A DNA stretch of 64,000 nucleotides. It comes from Octopus vulgaris. Lineage: Eukaryota. A program made the position numbers and the translations under genes. The notes below the pieces were generated by a model that did not search any database, was not told the DNA's origin, and was given only the letters and a program-made list of their open reading frames with translations. Of this stretch, positions 11,761 through 25,559 are shown one piece after another (the stretch's first letter is position 1; each line of letters begins with the position of its first letter). The stretch is taken from the NCBI GenBank assembly GCA_951406725.2, contig OX597818.1, positions 12,400,001 to 12,464,000 on the forward strand, in the 5' to 3' direction.

Positions 11761-12025
11761 AGGTGTACACACTTCGGTGTGAGCATCGACAGCTCAACCA
11801 ACGCACCAACTCAACCGCTTATTTACGAACACCAAGAACGCTTTTGACTCTGAAAGTGCTGTGGCTTTGTAAGCTACGACTTAAATACTCTTAAGAACTT
11901 AATAAAACTCAGAGAAAAACATATACATATGCATACATACATATATATATATATATACATACACACACACACACACACACTCACACACACGCACACACAC
12001 ACTCACACACACGCACACACACATT

Positions 12026-12250
12026 GTGAAATTAACGTGCTCGTACCTAGGTATTCCACTGACACGCGTACTATTGACGTAGTTCTCACTGAGATTTGGC
12101 GTGACACAGAACGTGACAAGGCTGGGCCTTTCAGTTACTGGAGCAACGTGAAATAAAATGACTTGCTCAAGGATACAACGCATCACCAGGTATCAAACTC
12201 ATGACCTTACGATCGATAGTCGAATACCCTAACTAATAAGCCATGCGCCT
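12026..12250 (-). mobile_element. tRNA-derived SINE (family C-like head)
   Basis: Minus strand ggcgcatggcttattagttagggtattcgac...gagtttgatacctgg...ccttgagcaagtcattttatttcacgttgctccag; the tail is similar to 43440-43560. Confidence 0.7.
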
Positions 12251-12551
12251 TTACGTGCGTGTATATGCTGACCGATTCAGCATTCATTGTAGATGAATGC
12301 ACAAGATGTCTTTTGTAATAGAAGGACAAAGCAATTCAGTAATAATGGAGGGACAAGGCGATTCAGTTACTCGATTTAATGGTCAATGGTGTTACACAGG
12401 AATATATATTACGACCCCTGGGCGGAACTGAATAGATGTTTAGAAAACTATAACGAATTCATCTCTATATGGCCAGTGTATAAGAGCGCCCTTTATTTGC
12501 ATGTATATTTGTACGCATATGCATGGATTTATGTACATATAAATGTATATA

Positions 12552-12768
12552 CGACGGGGTACTGGAATGTTCCTGGATTTGGGTAAAAGAAAATACAGGA
12601 GGATCAGTTGATTATGATCTTATTCAGCATGTTCCTCTCTTAGATTCGCACATTTATTGCATCGGTCCTTCGGTTTTTCTAAGCCCAGTGAAAGAACTCA
12701 GAATGATGGGCCGCTAACCAGGCCTTTCGAGACACCCTAAAAGCCAGGGACTCTTCCGTACGCCCTCG
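12552..12768. mobile_element. Mariner-type MITE
   Basis: Imperfect TIRs cgacggggtactggaatgttcctgg / ccagggactcttccgtacgccctcg with TA on both sides. Confidence 0.65.
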
Positions 12769-12823
12769 TATGTATATTTATACTTACGTACACATATTTA
12801 TGCGCAAATACACACAGACACAC

Positions 12824-12920
<97 letters not shown>

Positions 12921-12964
12921 CATACATACATGCATACATACATACATGCACTCACATACATACA

Positions 12965-13000
<36 letters not shown>

Positions 13001-13016
13001 TACATACATATATATA

Positions 13017-13077
<61 letters not shown>

Positions 13078-13261
13078 GTACATGCACTCCCATATATGAT
13101 TTGATGAAGACAAGAATTAAAAGTGAGATACTTCTAGTTGCATGGGTGGACAGACCAGTAATCAAACGGGCTTGTATAACCTAACGTACACGATATAGCA
13201 ATTGTTCAGTCTCAAACAGTACAGCTACTACATGAAGAAAAAAACAAAACGTTCTAATGGA

Positions 13262-13516
13262 AAAGGTAAAGTAAAGGGAAAATTTCGTTCTCGAGTTATA
13301 CCGACTCATAAAGGCCGCTTTCCCGGTTTCCATTACCCACCTGGACGGGACGCATGTCCGTCGCATGATTACTCATTTTTGCCCGCTGAAGTGGACTGGA
13401 ACAACATGAATTGAAGTGTTTTGCTCAAGAACATAACGCGTCGCCCGGTCTAGGAATTGAAACCACAATCTTGCGATCATGAGCCGAACATCTCAACCAC
13501 TAAGCCACACGCCTCC
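13262..13516 (-). mobile_element. SINE family C, near full length
   Basis: Reverse complement closely matches 35127-35385 (ggcgtgtggcttagtggttgagatgttcggctcatgatcgcaagattgtggtttcaattcctagaccgggcgacgcg). Confidence 0.85.
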
Positions 13517-15643
13517 ACTGATGGAAAGGGGAATAAATCCGTTTAAGGAATCTAGGTTATGTTCCTTGCATTCGACTTCTGCCTTTGTACAGTTGCTGGG
13601 TGCGTTTTACTCTTTAGCTTGTCTGTGCAATAATAAACACGAATGTCCCAATGGATCTACAAATAAATTCTGGAATGTCGCGAACTATTTCTACGACACT
13701 GTCTATAGATTTGTAGGTATGACTAGTACCCCGCAACAACTGCCAGTTGATGTTGATGCTGTTTTCTAAGCATTTTTGTTGTGCAACCATTTGTGTGTTA
13801 ATGAAGTTTCAGGTTGAGGAAAACGTTTGATATAAATTATTCTGGAAGCTTAAGTACTGCACGTAAAGGAGCTGAATCAATGGCGAATTACTATCGGAAG
13901 GAAACATTCCCTCTTCAGCTTCTTGGCAAAATGACAGACAGCTGGTTTCTAAAAACCGCTGCTTCTCATGTTGATTGACATTTTGAAGACTTTTACGTTT
14001 GTCTAAAATGACAAAGAGTTAAAGGATACACGAACTTAATTGGTGTTCATTCTTTTGAAGATCTCGAATAATGCCTAAGGTCACTATCGCAGCAGTTCTC
14101 ATTTGAGATTTATTGTTATTTAACTCATTCAGTGTCTTACATAGAGTCTCTAAGAGCTTTTTTGCACTCGAGTGTGTATTCATTCCAGACAATCAACATC
14201 GCAAACACGCATCTTTTGCTCTCAGTTCTGGAAAGCAGAATATGCCGCACAGCTCATAGGAAAGAATGTGGCGGCAGTACCTGATGAAACAAACACAATG
14301 GCTTTGCTTTTATGCTGACGGACATTGGCGAAGAATAGACGGATATCTTTCTACATGCTGTCATGAACATAAAATAAATAAATAAATTCTAGCTTCTTAT
14401 GGGCAAATTCTCAAAAACTAACAAGATACAGTTTCTCAAGCTTGCTACGACCTAATGTTCATTGTCATTTCCAACTTTCTGTAAGTCATTCCAAAAATAT
14501 GTGATACTTCTTTCAAAATTTATTCTCAGAGATTTTTGATTTCGGTGTCGTTAGGTCGGAGTAAGGCATATTTTAAAAGTTCTTGGGTTTACATTCTTGG
14601 GTTGATCGCTGGGGGTTGCATTCCAAGAATAAAGTATGACTGTTTAGGTGGCGCAGACTTGATTTTGGTATTGGCAATTCGAAGATCATGAAACGAACTC
14701 TAATCTCAAATTTACAGAGGAGTTGTAGAAAGAACCAGCCATTTTGGCTTGTGTGTACAGCTCACTCTCTTTCAGGAGCACTATTAAAGTCTATGTCACT
14801 TTTTATTCTTCACCTTTGATACTTCACCTTGGATTCTCAAGTTGTTTAGTGTTCAATGTATAATAGGGCAAACACTGATGGTACAGAAATATTTTTACAA
14901 GGGGGCCATGTTGGCATGCATTGAAAACAAAATTAGCATTTCTCTTGGACTTTGTGTTTGCTGCGCAGTATTTGTTTGAGTGAAATAAACACGTTCACTT
15001 ATTTCTAATCGGAAACCAAGCTGTTCAGTCTTGGTATATCTTAATGAATGCGTAAGAGAAAAAATGTCAGAAAAACTCTTTGTTGCTGAAGCCGTGTTCT
15101 TGCGAGAATTGGATAACATCATCGCAGTTGCTTTGATGTTTCAGATCATATATTACTGAAAGCTTCATGCGATATTTGAAGATATATTTGATAGATTTTA
15201 TAGAATGGAAGAACTTAAAACTGAATAAAACACTCGGTTAAGAGTAGGAAATGATGCATCTGTCGTTAATTTTCTGCTAACCCATCGAGTTTGGCAGCTC
15301 CCGTCCTTTTTACTCCTTGTGTATAAGAGAGGTAATCAAGAAATGTTTTGGTCTACTTGGTACATGGTTAAGAAAACCTGGTACAATTGTTATTTTGCAA
15401 TATAAAGTGGCTTCATGCTGAGGCATACCAGTCATCATGAATTATCTGGATAATACTGATAAATTCTTTCTCTCTACAAGTTTCTGAGAGCTGTATAGGT
15501 ACATGTAATCTGATGTATCGAAGTGAACTTATTTCAGAAAAAAGTAAGTGGTCTTTCTATTATTAGAGTGGTAGAGAGGTAAAGACAATAAGCAGTACAA
15601 TAGGTGGTAACGAGGGAGGTAGAAAGAGCAAGAAAGAAAGAAC

Positions 15644-15683
<40 letters not shown>

Positions 15684-15889
15684 ATGTCAGGAGAATATTA
15701 TAAATGACCTGACAACAGTAAAACACAGAGGAGATAAAAGACAAAAAGAAGTAGAGATCGTTTGAGTGACTGTGAGAGAAAGGTTAGCGAAAGACCAGTA
15801 GTATATATACATATACACAAAGATTTCACACATTCACACGATATGCATATGATTCAGAGACGACATATTGTTTTGCCTCATCAGAAGAC

Positions 15890-16620
15890 AATCTTTAGTA
15901 TGCACTGAACAGGTTTGTCGTCGACTGTTTCAAGGTCGGGATAAGAGATAGAGTTTCGAAGACTGAGACATTGATCTTCTCAAGAAAGTCTTCGCAGTGC
16001 CCTCTTCACGTTAGTGGAACACCACTGATATTATTAAAGAAGGCGAAGTCTATCGAGGCCGTATTCCCCAGTGACGGGGAGCAGGAGACTGAACTGGATA
16101 CTAGAATCGCAAGTGCTGGCACAGTAATGCACTAGTTGTAGCGTTCGATCCCCAGAAGAGAAGTTAATAAAAAATGTCAAACTCGCTCTTCAATTCGCTT
16201 TTATTGTCTGTCCTCACATATGTTTATGAATGTTGGGCAGTGACTGAAAGAATACAATCGCGGACATAAGCGGCAGTTATAGGGTTACTCCGAAAGATCT
16301 TTGGAGTATCATTACTCGACAGACCACGTAGCTCGGAGATCTCTCTCCAGGTCGAACCGCAACTTTTCCGCATTGAGAGGTCATAGCTCCAGCACTACGG
16401 ACATGGGATTAGAATGTCACAGCAAGAATCACAAGAGGGATTCTTCAAGCCGATCCAATCAGCAGGAGACGAAGCAGGAGATGTTTGGATAATATCCAGA
16501 GTTTCAGTTGGTCACCCTTGGGAATCCAGTTGGAAAGTCAAATGACGGTTGTTTCTGAGAGAATTTTACAGAGGAGTTGCCAGAGGACTTTACCCTCACG
16601 ACCGTTGTAGGAATAGCGAA
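15890..16620 (+). mobile_element. RTE-clade LINE 3' fragment (post-RT region), degraded
   Basis: Frame-broken translation ELDTRIASAGTVM...LTYVYECWAVTERIQSR..AA.IGLLRKIFGVSLLDR.RSSEI...RIERS.LQHYGH.IRM, typical of the RTE ORF C-terminus. Confidence 0.8.
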
Positions 16621-16989
16621 CAGGGAAAATGATTGCATGGGTAGAAATACGTTTAAAAATCACACAAAATCAACCAATGCCATAATAATATTTTAACTGT
16701 AAGTAGATGACTCCATAACTGAAAACGATTTGCGTGAACAGTATATCTGTGGTGTTAATGAGTCTGTCTGAACATGATGAGAATCCTGTTAAGCTGCGTG
16801 AAACCGCACAGGGGAAAATCTGAAAAGAATAGCAAAATCTTCATCTCTACTTCATCGATTAAAATATTCGGATGTTCATCAGTTTTTGACCAGATCCAGG
16901 ATGACTACAATAATTGTGGGTCATGCAATTGCCATACCAAATAATATCAATGAAAATACCCAAATGAGTATTTTCATATTATTTGAAGT

Positions 16990-17760
16990 TCATTAGAGAA
17001 TACTCACACAATATCTGATCGCTAATGAAAGCTTTGAAGTTTAATCTTGATTTAGCTGCTCTAGAAGCTTTCGAGCTTATCAGGACGAACATTGAAAAAT
17101 GTTGTTATCAGCTGCAATATCATTTACAGAAAAATAAGAGAATCATTTCAAATTTTTGTCCAAGACACAGAATTAAAAAAAAAAAATATCATTCTGGCGC
17201 TTCTCGAAGTCGCTCAATAACACCAGGCGTATTAGCCTCCAGTTGAAAAAAAGAAGCGTTAGCTGCTGCTGAAGCGATTTCAAAACGCAAACATTACTTA
17301 AACCGATGTCACTTCAGTCTAATTGCAAACTAGCAAACTGTCTCTTAGATATTCAGTACAAAAGGACGAGGCATAACAAAGCATAATAAAACACATGCAA
17401 TGAAGGAAATAGAAAAGAAGAGAAATAAAGAAGAGAAGACGGAAGGGATATCTAGTATCGTCCACAAAACGACAATCTTGCTACAGTTTGTCTCTTTTAT
17501 TATCCCTGCTCAACCTTCCATATGCAAAATAATTTATCACTACCCAATATGACTACCTTTCTGTAACAAAGAGGTTCAATGCACACAAAGTACTGGACAC
17601 ACTCTATATTCCAGGTATTACAACTTTAGATCATTATGTATAGTGCTGTACTCATCTGAATACCATTTGACCTTCTACTTATGCTGAAACGAAACCGAAG
17701 TTCTATAAACACTTTAAGACATCTTGATTAATGCAAAAGTAACAATACTATTTGAGTAAG
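16990..17760 (+). mobile_element. Ty3/Gypsy pol remnant (RNase H and integrase zinc-binding region), highly degraded
   Basis: ASRS....KKEALAAAEAISKRKHY (compare EKEALAIVEAI.KWKHYL); IPGITTLDHYV and YAETKPKFYK (compare HPG.TR.YHFV / CAE.KP.FYK). Confidence 0.6.
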
Positions 17761-19239
17761 AAAATATTAGTTTATTAGTTTTAAAAGCCTTCTTCTAAAG
17801 AACCATTAGATCTTATAGTTCAGAATTAAAGATACTAGCGCTTGCTTTTCCGCGCACCGATGTTTTCACTAGATTTACAGGTCTATTTGCAATCTTTGAC
17901 TGGCCAATTTACGTTCATTCAGGCATTGAAAACGCTTTAGTATCAGAAGAATGAAAGCGTTGTCTGCATAGTAAATGAATTTTTACGAATTCAAACAATA
18001 CTCTACGATCACACAGGGAATGTACAGGTAGAGCAATATGACGTATTGAAAGTAATTACTATCGCCCTGAAATCCAGTAGCTTACTCATCAAGATTAAGT
18101 ACGTAGCCGAAGCTTTCCTATTGAGCACTGTAACGAATGCCACATCCTACGAACAACTTTTTAGTTCTCTCAGTCATGTCTTTCTGTTTTCATTGTTCAA
18201 TTAATCTCACATGCATCTCTGAATCAGGCAATATCTTTATCAGAAAATATATGAGCAACAGCAAATTTGACATTTTGGCCAAAAAGCTGACCTTATCGAC
18301 GTTTACCTGCTGTATGCACTCAAACAATTTGTTAAATCTGCAGCTTCTTTAAAGGCGTGGAAGTGTGATGGTCTAATATGAGATCATATAACTACAAAAC
18401 ACACGAGAGTTTGTAAACAAAAATTTGTAAATGTGTCACGACTTTTTATCGGATGTATTTCATTGAATGACTTTTCAACAACCGACTTTTATGGAACGAC
18501 TTTTCATTGAACTTTGAAGCATGATTTTTCATTAAAAAGTTCGTATATATTTGTATATATATTATTGTATTGATGAAAACATGACATCTAAGATGATTAA
18601 TCATTCTACTTTGCTAAATATATTGTGCTGACCTTCACTGCTATTATTAGAACTGAGTAAATCCTCTTGTAAACGTTCACAAACATTCCAGTAATCTTCG
18701 TTATCGACGTCTTTCACATTGTCAAGGCTCGAATCACGTAGTTTCAAAATAGTATGTACATTCGTTCACATTCTGCACAAAAGCATACGGAAATTTCTCC
18801 TGTATACTGACAGACATATGCAGAGTGTAGTAAATAAATTTCATTTAAACAAACACTCATGCACGCCACGCACACAACCAAGCAATTATCCTTGAAATAT
18901 AAATAGACCCATTTATTAACGTTTAGAAATGTTGATAATGGTTGAATGAGTTTTATTTAACTTACTGGATGAAATTTAAAAAAAATATATTAAAGATAAA
19001 TTTACATAGAAAATTATTACATTTACATTAATAATTATTGCTATCTATTGCAAATATTTAGTATTAAAATTCTTCTAAATCTACAAATGTTCTGCAGTGA
19101 TAATCATTTTATATAATAATACTTTAATAAGTTTATTCTAACGGAAATCGCTTCAATAATATCATTGCGATAAAACATCGTTCCATTAAAAGACACTCGA
19201 TTGCCATTCGATAAAATGTTATATAAGCTGGCTGTTTTA

Positions 19240-19335
19240 GGCGGCGAACAGGCAGAATCGTTACCACGCTAGGCAAAACATTTAGTGGCATTTCGTCTGA
19301 CCTGACGTTCTGAGTTCAAATTCTTCTAAGGTCAA
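19240..19335 (+). mobile_element. SINE family A, 5' fragment
   Basis: ggcggcgaacaggcagaatcgttaccacgctaggcaaaacatttagtggcatttcgtctg...ttctgagttcaaatt. Confidence 0.75.
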
Positions 19336-19607
19336 CGCAAATGGTAACAATGAAACTTGGTATGTAATTAATCATTATATTTTGTATTTTTCATTTGTCT
19401 TGTTCGCTTACGTTCTGGAGTCTGCCGAATTTTCTTGAGAACAATTTTTTCTTAGTGGTGAGACCATATGGGGTCTACATTTAGCATAGTGGTCATCCCT
19501 CATATATGTATATAATATTATATATGTATATGTATATGTATGTGTGTGTGTATGTATGTATGTATATATGTATGTATACATACATAAACATATATATATG
19601 TATAGAA

Positions 19608-19638
<31 letters not shown>

Positions 19639-19792
19639 GATTGAGACCTACAAGTATTCGCGTATATAACTGCATGTTTGTATGAATAGGAATATATGTT
19701 AATACATACACACATACTTATATATGTCTACACACGAACACACACATATACTTGCGTGTACATGTGTGTTTATGAACGTATGTGTGTATAAA

Positions 19793-20670
19793 CGTGGTCT
19801 GATCAGTAAGTATCCGGACTGTTGCTATAGTAACGACGCTAAGGCACGGAGAGTAAAGCCGCTTGGCATAGAGTGATCATGAACTCTGCTGTGCATGTGC
19901 ACTAAGTTTTAACGTTGTACCTTACTTCTGCTGTTTACAACAGTGCGTAGAAGGAAGGTGTATAGCGTGTGGTCGTCGCACTGACCATGACAGAGAATGT
20001 TGAGCAGAGAATTTGCATCAAATTTTACTAAGAGCTTGGCGATACCTGCCTAGAGGCCGATGCAAAGTTTTCAGAAAGTTTTCATTGTTCTCGACACACT
20101 CAAGGAGGTCTTGTGTAACTGAAACCCGTGTGTCTTTTTGGTCAGCTGAAAGCAGTTTTGCCACAAAATTGGCAGACACGCGTCTCATACCCAAATTTTC
20201 AGTGATAATGGACTGAACTGAACCATAACTAATCTGCACACCCCCTGATAACTCCCGGTTGGTGATTCGATGTTTTATCCTGACAGCTGCACGCACATCT
20301 ATAATGTTTTTCTCAGTGTTGCTTGTTGCGGGTCTGCCAGAGCGTTCGTCAATATCAACATTTTTTCGGCTATTTTGGAAACGTCTGAACCACTCGTACA
20401 CTTGTGTGCGATTCATACACACCTCTCCATACATTTTTTGCAAATTTGCGTAGACGGCGGAGTAGGTATCGCCATGACAACTTTCTCTGCCATGGTCAAT
20501 ACGACGACATACGCTACACACCTCCCACCGAAGCACTACTGTAAACAACGTTAACACTTAGTGCGCATGTACAGCAGAGTTCAACGTCAGTCTGTGCCTA
20601 GTAGCTTCACTCTGCTTGCTTTAGCTTTGTTACTATAACAACATTCTGCATATTTATTGATCAAACCTTG
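19793..20670 (-). mobile_element. Non-autonomous mariner with long inverted arms (5' end duplicated); transposase N-terminal remnant
   Basis: TIR cgtggtctgatc / gatcaaaccttg+TA. ORF 20018-20557 has the mariner HTH region (VYEWFRRF..DERSGRP..) and the linker RVSANFVAKLL, ending at FLKTL before the catalytic domain; the left arm repeats MTENVEQRIC on the + strand. Confidence 0.9.
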
Positions 20671-21099
20671 TATGTATATGTGTATATGTATTTAGATGTA
20701 TTATGCGAGTACGTGTGTATTATGTGAGTCGTGTGTATATGTGTATGTCATTATTTCGGTATAAACGCTTTCCTCTATGGAAGCGAGGAGAGATATATTT
20801 CGTATGTACAATATCCTATTTAAAGTTATTTTAAATTCTTTTATTTGTTCTTTGAAATTCCTTCACTCGTTCATCTAAATTCCTTCATTGAATTATAGTA
20901 AACAGATTGGATCAAAATCCATAATCTGCTTGTCATTATAGCAGCAGTGATCGAATATTACTCCGAATTATCTTTTGAAGTAACAACCCAAATAGCAGTT
21001 GTTTTGATCAGTCGTCTATTCATTAATCCATTACTGTGGCCTTAGAGAATATTGATTTCTCTAAGTCGGCATTACTTCTGAACTTTATATTTCCTTAAA

Positions 21100-21990
21100 T
21101 GTATCGCCACAATGCTGTCTGCTCCTCTGCTTCCACTTCCATATTTTCTCTCTCTTATCTTTCTTTCAGTTTATATAGTTTCATTACTTATTTCCCCAGG
21201 TTTCTCCTCTTTTACAAAGATTTTGTTCTTCTCCTATGATTTTCTTTTGTTCTTAATTTCTTCGGGTTTTCTCAATTTCTTGTCTTAATAACTTTCGCCT
21301 TTCTATTTTATCTATTTCACCCATTCATCTTTCTTTTCTTTCTTCCGTCTTCTTGTTAAATAACTTTGTCAGCTATTTACCTACCAGTTTATGTATATAC
21401 CTGTCAGTCTGTCGTTTCTTTCTCTTTTTCAGCCGTATCTTGCTCTTTGCTTGTTTCTTCGAATGTCGTATCTTTGTTTTCCTATTGTTCCTAGAGTCTA
21501 TCTTTCTTTTTGACTGTCTTATTTGTCCTCTTACTCTGACAGTCTGTTGTGTCTGCTTGCCCGCTTGTCTCTTTCTATGTCACCTATTTCTCCCTGTCTG
21601 TCATTTCATTTTCCTGAACTATTGTGTTTGTGTGCTTATCTGCCTGTTCGAATTGTATTTCTGTTTGTTAATCAATTTCCCAGTCTCTTTCTCTTTATCT
21701 GTCCGTCTGACAGTCTGCTGTAATCTTTGCCCATCTTTCTTTTAGTTTTTGATCATTCGTTTATTTTCTTGACCTTTAATCTTCCACCTGTATTTTTTCT
21801 GTTTTATAATTCCAGAATAAAATCATTAACATTTTCTATATGCATTTCATTCTGTTAATTTTTTCTTCTTTAACTATTCTCAAGAATTTTTCTATATTCT
21901 TTATTCTTCTCTTTTTATAATTTTATCTCACATTCTTTCCATCATTCACTCCATTGCATTTTACAATTTTACAATTTTTTTCAGTTCTAA
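21100..21990. repeat. Pyrimidine-rich low-complexity tract
   Basis: C/T-dominated sequence with decayed (ctgt)/(ctat)-like units. Confidence 0.7.
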
Positions 21991-22231
21991 TGAAATTAAA
22001 CCAGTTTAATTAGGCGATTATTTTATTTTAGCTAATATAACACATTTTGAAAAGGAGATATTAATTCCCCAGAACAATTTCGACTAACTTCAGACAGTCT
22101 TATTCAATTTTGGTAGCAAACATCTCGACTATTTCCCGATAAAGAAGCTGAAAATCATAGAAAAATGGAACAGCAAAGTTCATAGTTTATGTGGAAATCG
22201 ATTATTAACAAGAGTCCTATTTAATAAATGA

Positions 22232-22597
22232 GCAGGCGTATGTGGCTAAGAAGTTTGCTTCGTAACAACATAGTTCTGGATACAACCCCATTGCGTTGCA
22301 AGCGTGTTCCATTTTGGTTTAAGAATGTCTTGTGAGAGAAATTAGGTTGATAGAACGTGTGCGGAAGTGGATCGTGTATACCTATACATGTATATGTCTA
22401 TATTTGTATCGACTGATGTAAACTGGTGTAGTGGCACTTTATGTCAAAAGTAACCTAGGCATTCAATGAACAGCGGTAGATAAAATAATTACTAGCTTTA
22501 AATAAATAAATACTTGTGATGCTGCGAACTTTTGATGATGTTGCCCTAGCATGACCGTAGTCTAACAAGCAAAACCAATGAAAAGAAAAAGAAAGAA
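22232..22597 (+). mobile_element. SINE family B, old diverged copy
   Basis: Recognisable head (aagaagtttgcttc..aacatagttctggatac) and tail (gttgccctagcatgaccgtagtc...aaaagaaaaaga). Confidence 0.6.
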
Positions 22598-23015
22598 ACG
22601 TAGTAAAGGCTGATTCCTTAGAAACGACATGTCATTCATAATTTGACAGTTTCTCACTCTCAAATAAAACTCCTCGAGTGTTTAATTGTCGAAAGAGAGA
22701 TAAAAGTATTCAGTATATTGGAAATAAAGTTTACGAGATTTCTAATAAAATATTCTGTTCAGTTATATGATTTGAATTGGCACTCAAATTATGCATAAAG
22801 TTATTTTATTTCAGCATTAGTATAATACATTAAAAATTAAAGGACTTTTAGAAGCTTTGGTCAAATAAAAACTGATAGATTCACATACATGCTCTTAAAG
22901 CACATACACATATGAACACATATTCACACCCACCTACATTCATGCATGCATACATACATACATACATACATACATACATACATACATACATACATACATA
23001 CATACATACATACAT

Positions 23016-23050
<35 letters not shown>

Positions 23051-23535
23051 GACGCCTAACTACTTGTGTACAAACACATATTGAATAGATACGCGTATAC
23101 GAATCCATTTACTCATATACTGAAAGTGAAGCAGACACGAGATACTGATATTCGGAAAACAACTCACAAAGGGACACATTTACACACATATATTTATATG
23201 TAAAGATAAATGTATATCAGAGTGAAGGAAATATATACAGAGACACAAACCTTTTAGTAGTCATACAAATATGCAGATGTTCCACAGGGCTACTGTTAAG
23301 TAAATATGCTGCTTTTCTTTAAGCAGGTATATTAGAGATTGCTCGTTCTCGTTTCATATATTTATTTCACATTGACATTGATCATAGCCTCGACACATGA
23401 GTAGTTGTTGCAAATAGTGTTTAGTGAATAAATGCCTTGTGTATATACAATATTATAGCACCACACACACACACACATATATATATATATGCATACATAT
23501 ATATATTTATATATATACATATATATATATATATG

Positions 23536-23608
<73 letters not shown>

Positions 23609-23620
23609 TATATATCATAT

Positions 23621-23688
<68 letters not shown>

Positions 23689-23753
23689 TACATATATATT
23701 ATATTATATATATATACATACATACAGAAAGTAAAAGAGTATATATACATATG

Positions 23754-23793
<40 letters not shown>

Positions 23794-23805
23794 TATATAT
23801 ATATT

Positions 23806-25465
23806 GCAGTTTCAGCTCAGAGCGGCAGCCATGCTAAGGCACTGCCGTTCTGCTGCACTGTTATTATTGAGAGCCTCCTCTAATATGTGGCATTTGGTGA
23901 AAAAAGGACTTTGATGTCGGTACCCTCATTTGCACCTCCTGTCATGAGGTAGGTTCATCTGGGATTCTCGACAGGAAGAGGTCCAGTTTTGATTTGAAAA
24001 CATCTACATCAACTTTGTGTAGGTCCCTCAGTCTCTTTGCGAGAATACTAAAAAGCTGTGTGTCCCTGAAACCCAGGCTGTTGCAGGTTCTGAAGCGCGA
24101 TGGCATTGCTGGGATCTTTGCCACTGTGCAGTGTCGACCCGTTCTGGCATTGGTGTAGCTTTCAATGTCAAAATGTGGCACAATCCCTTTCAGGACCTTC
24201 CAGATGCATATATCTGCATACCCCTCCCCGCTTCGCTCCAACGAGTAGAGACTTAACTGATTCAGCCTTTCCCAGTAGCTGAGCTGTTGCAACGAGACGA
24301 TCTTCTTTGTGAAACTTCGCTGGATGCTTCAAGGTCCGTTGTTAATTTTACACTCTTGGGTATCCATTGCTGGGAGCAGCACTCCAAGTGTCTGAGGACG
24401 AATGTCCTCCAGTGAACCATCATGGTTTCCTTCTCTCTGGTTCTGAACGTTCTAAGGATCCATCTAGCCACTCGTCTGCCCTTTGTGGCCATCCTGGTAA
24501 TGTGCACTTGTAAAGATGTATCATCACTCATGTCGACACCCATGTCCTCACTGATTTAAGTTCTGGGAATGTAATCCCCTGTAGACCAGTGTACCCTGTA
24601 AATTTTATATTCAGTTTTCGACGCTGGTAGCGCAAGGCTTGAAATTTTTCAGCATTAAAAACTGCATATTAATCTCCTCGGCCCATCTGCAAATTGAGTC
24701 CAGCCCCTACTGCAGATATGCAACATCGCTGGTTTTCTGTATTTTCTGAGAGACTTTAGTATCGTCTGCATAGCTAGCAAGAGTGGCTATCCGGGCAGCT
24801 GAAGGCGTATCTGAGTGGGCTACTATGAAAATCAGTGGCAAAGATCCCAGCAATGCCATCGCGCTTCAGAACCTGCAACAGTGCCCCGTGGAACACCGCT
24901 CTATTTTTGTTTTCTTTGAGGTGGCTTCTTTGGCCACAACTGCCTGACTTCTATCTTTCAGAAAGTCATGTAACCACTCTCGAAGTTTTCCAGCTATGCC
25001 TGGATCAAACAGTTTGTGGCATATCATACTATGATCCATTTTATCACAAGCTTTTGCAAAGTCAAGGCATATTACGTCCACATTTGAGCTGTTAAGCAAC
25101 TGCCTCAACACCCAATCATAGTGCTGTGAGGGCTGGGTCAGGCAGCTCCTACCTGGTCGAAAGCCATGCTGGGTATCATTCTTCAAGGAATGCAATTAGT
25201 TTCCCTCTGTCTATCTGTTCCATGACTTTGCTGATGTGTGAAGTCAGAGAGATAGGCGTATAGTTTTTGGCATTTGCTCTGCTGCCTTCTTTATGGATTG
25301 GGCATATTATTGCCTCCTTCAGTTTGATTGGCAGATTGCCATTTGCAAGAAAGCTCTGGAAGAAAATCTTTAGAGGCTTCGCCAAGGAACACTTACACGA
25401 TTTGAGGAGGAGTGCTGGGAAACCATCAGGACCAGCAGTTGAGTTTGCTGGAATATGGTTTGCAT
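23806..25465 (-). mobile_element. CR1/L2-group LINE, 5'-truncated, reverse transcriptase pseudogene with 3' tail
   Basis: GPDGFP..LK, NYTPISLTSHISKVME, QHGFRPGRSCLTQ, LDFAKACDKMDH, SGVPRGTV, YADDTK, LSLYSLERS, FKSKLDLFLSRIPDEP across several frames with frameshifts. Confidence 0.92.
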
Positions 25466-25559
25466 AACAGACATGAAATATTCTAGTCTCATGTCAATGT
25501 CTGGGGTGGAAAGACATTTCGGCCAGCCCTGTCTTAGGATTTCTTTTTGGATCGATTTC

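Noticed and set aside
13900-15480. Moderately complex sequence that may be a decayed transposase
   Set aside because: No recognisable motif in any frame; cannot assign.
17800-19225. Possible old DNA transposon with short subterminal repeats (cgactttt units near 18440-18530)
   Set aside because: No clear TIR pair, TSD or transposase motif could be confirmed by eye.
21353-21745. 130-aa hydrophobic Cys/Phe/Leu ORF
   Set aside because: Lies in a pyrimidine-rich low-complexity tract; a composition artefact with no ATG start or domain.
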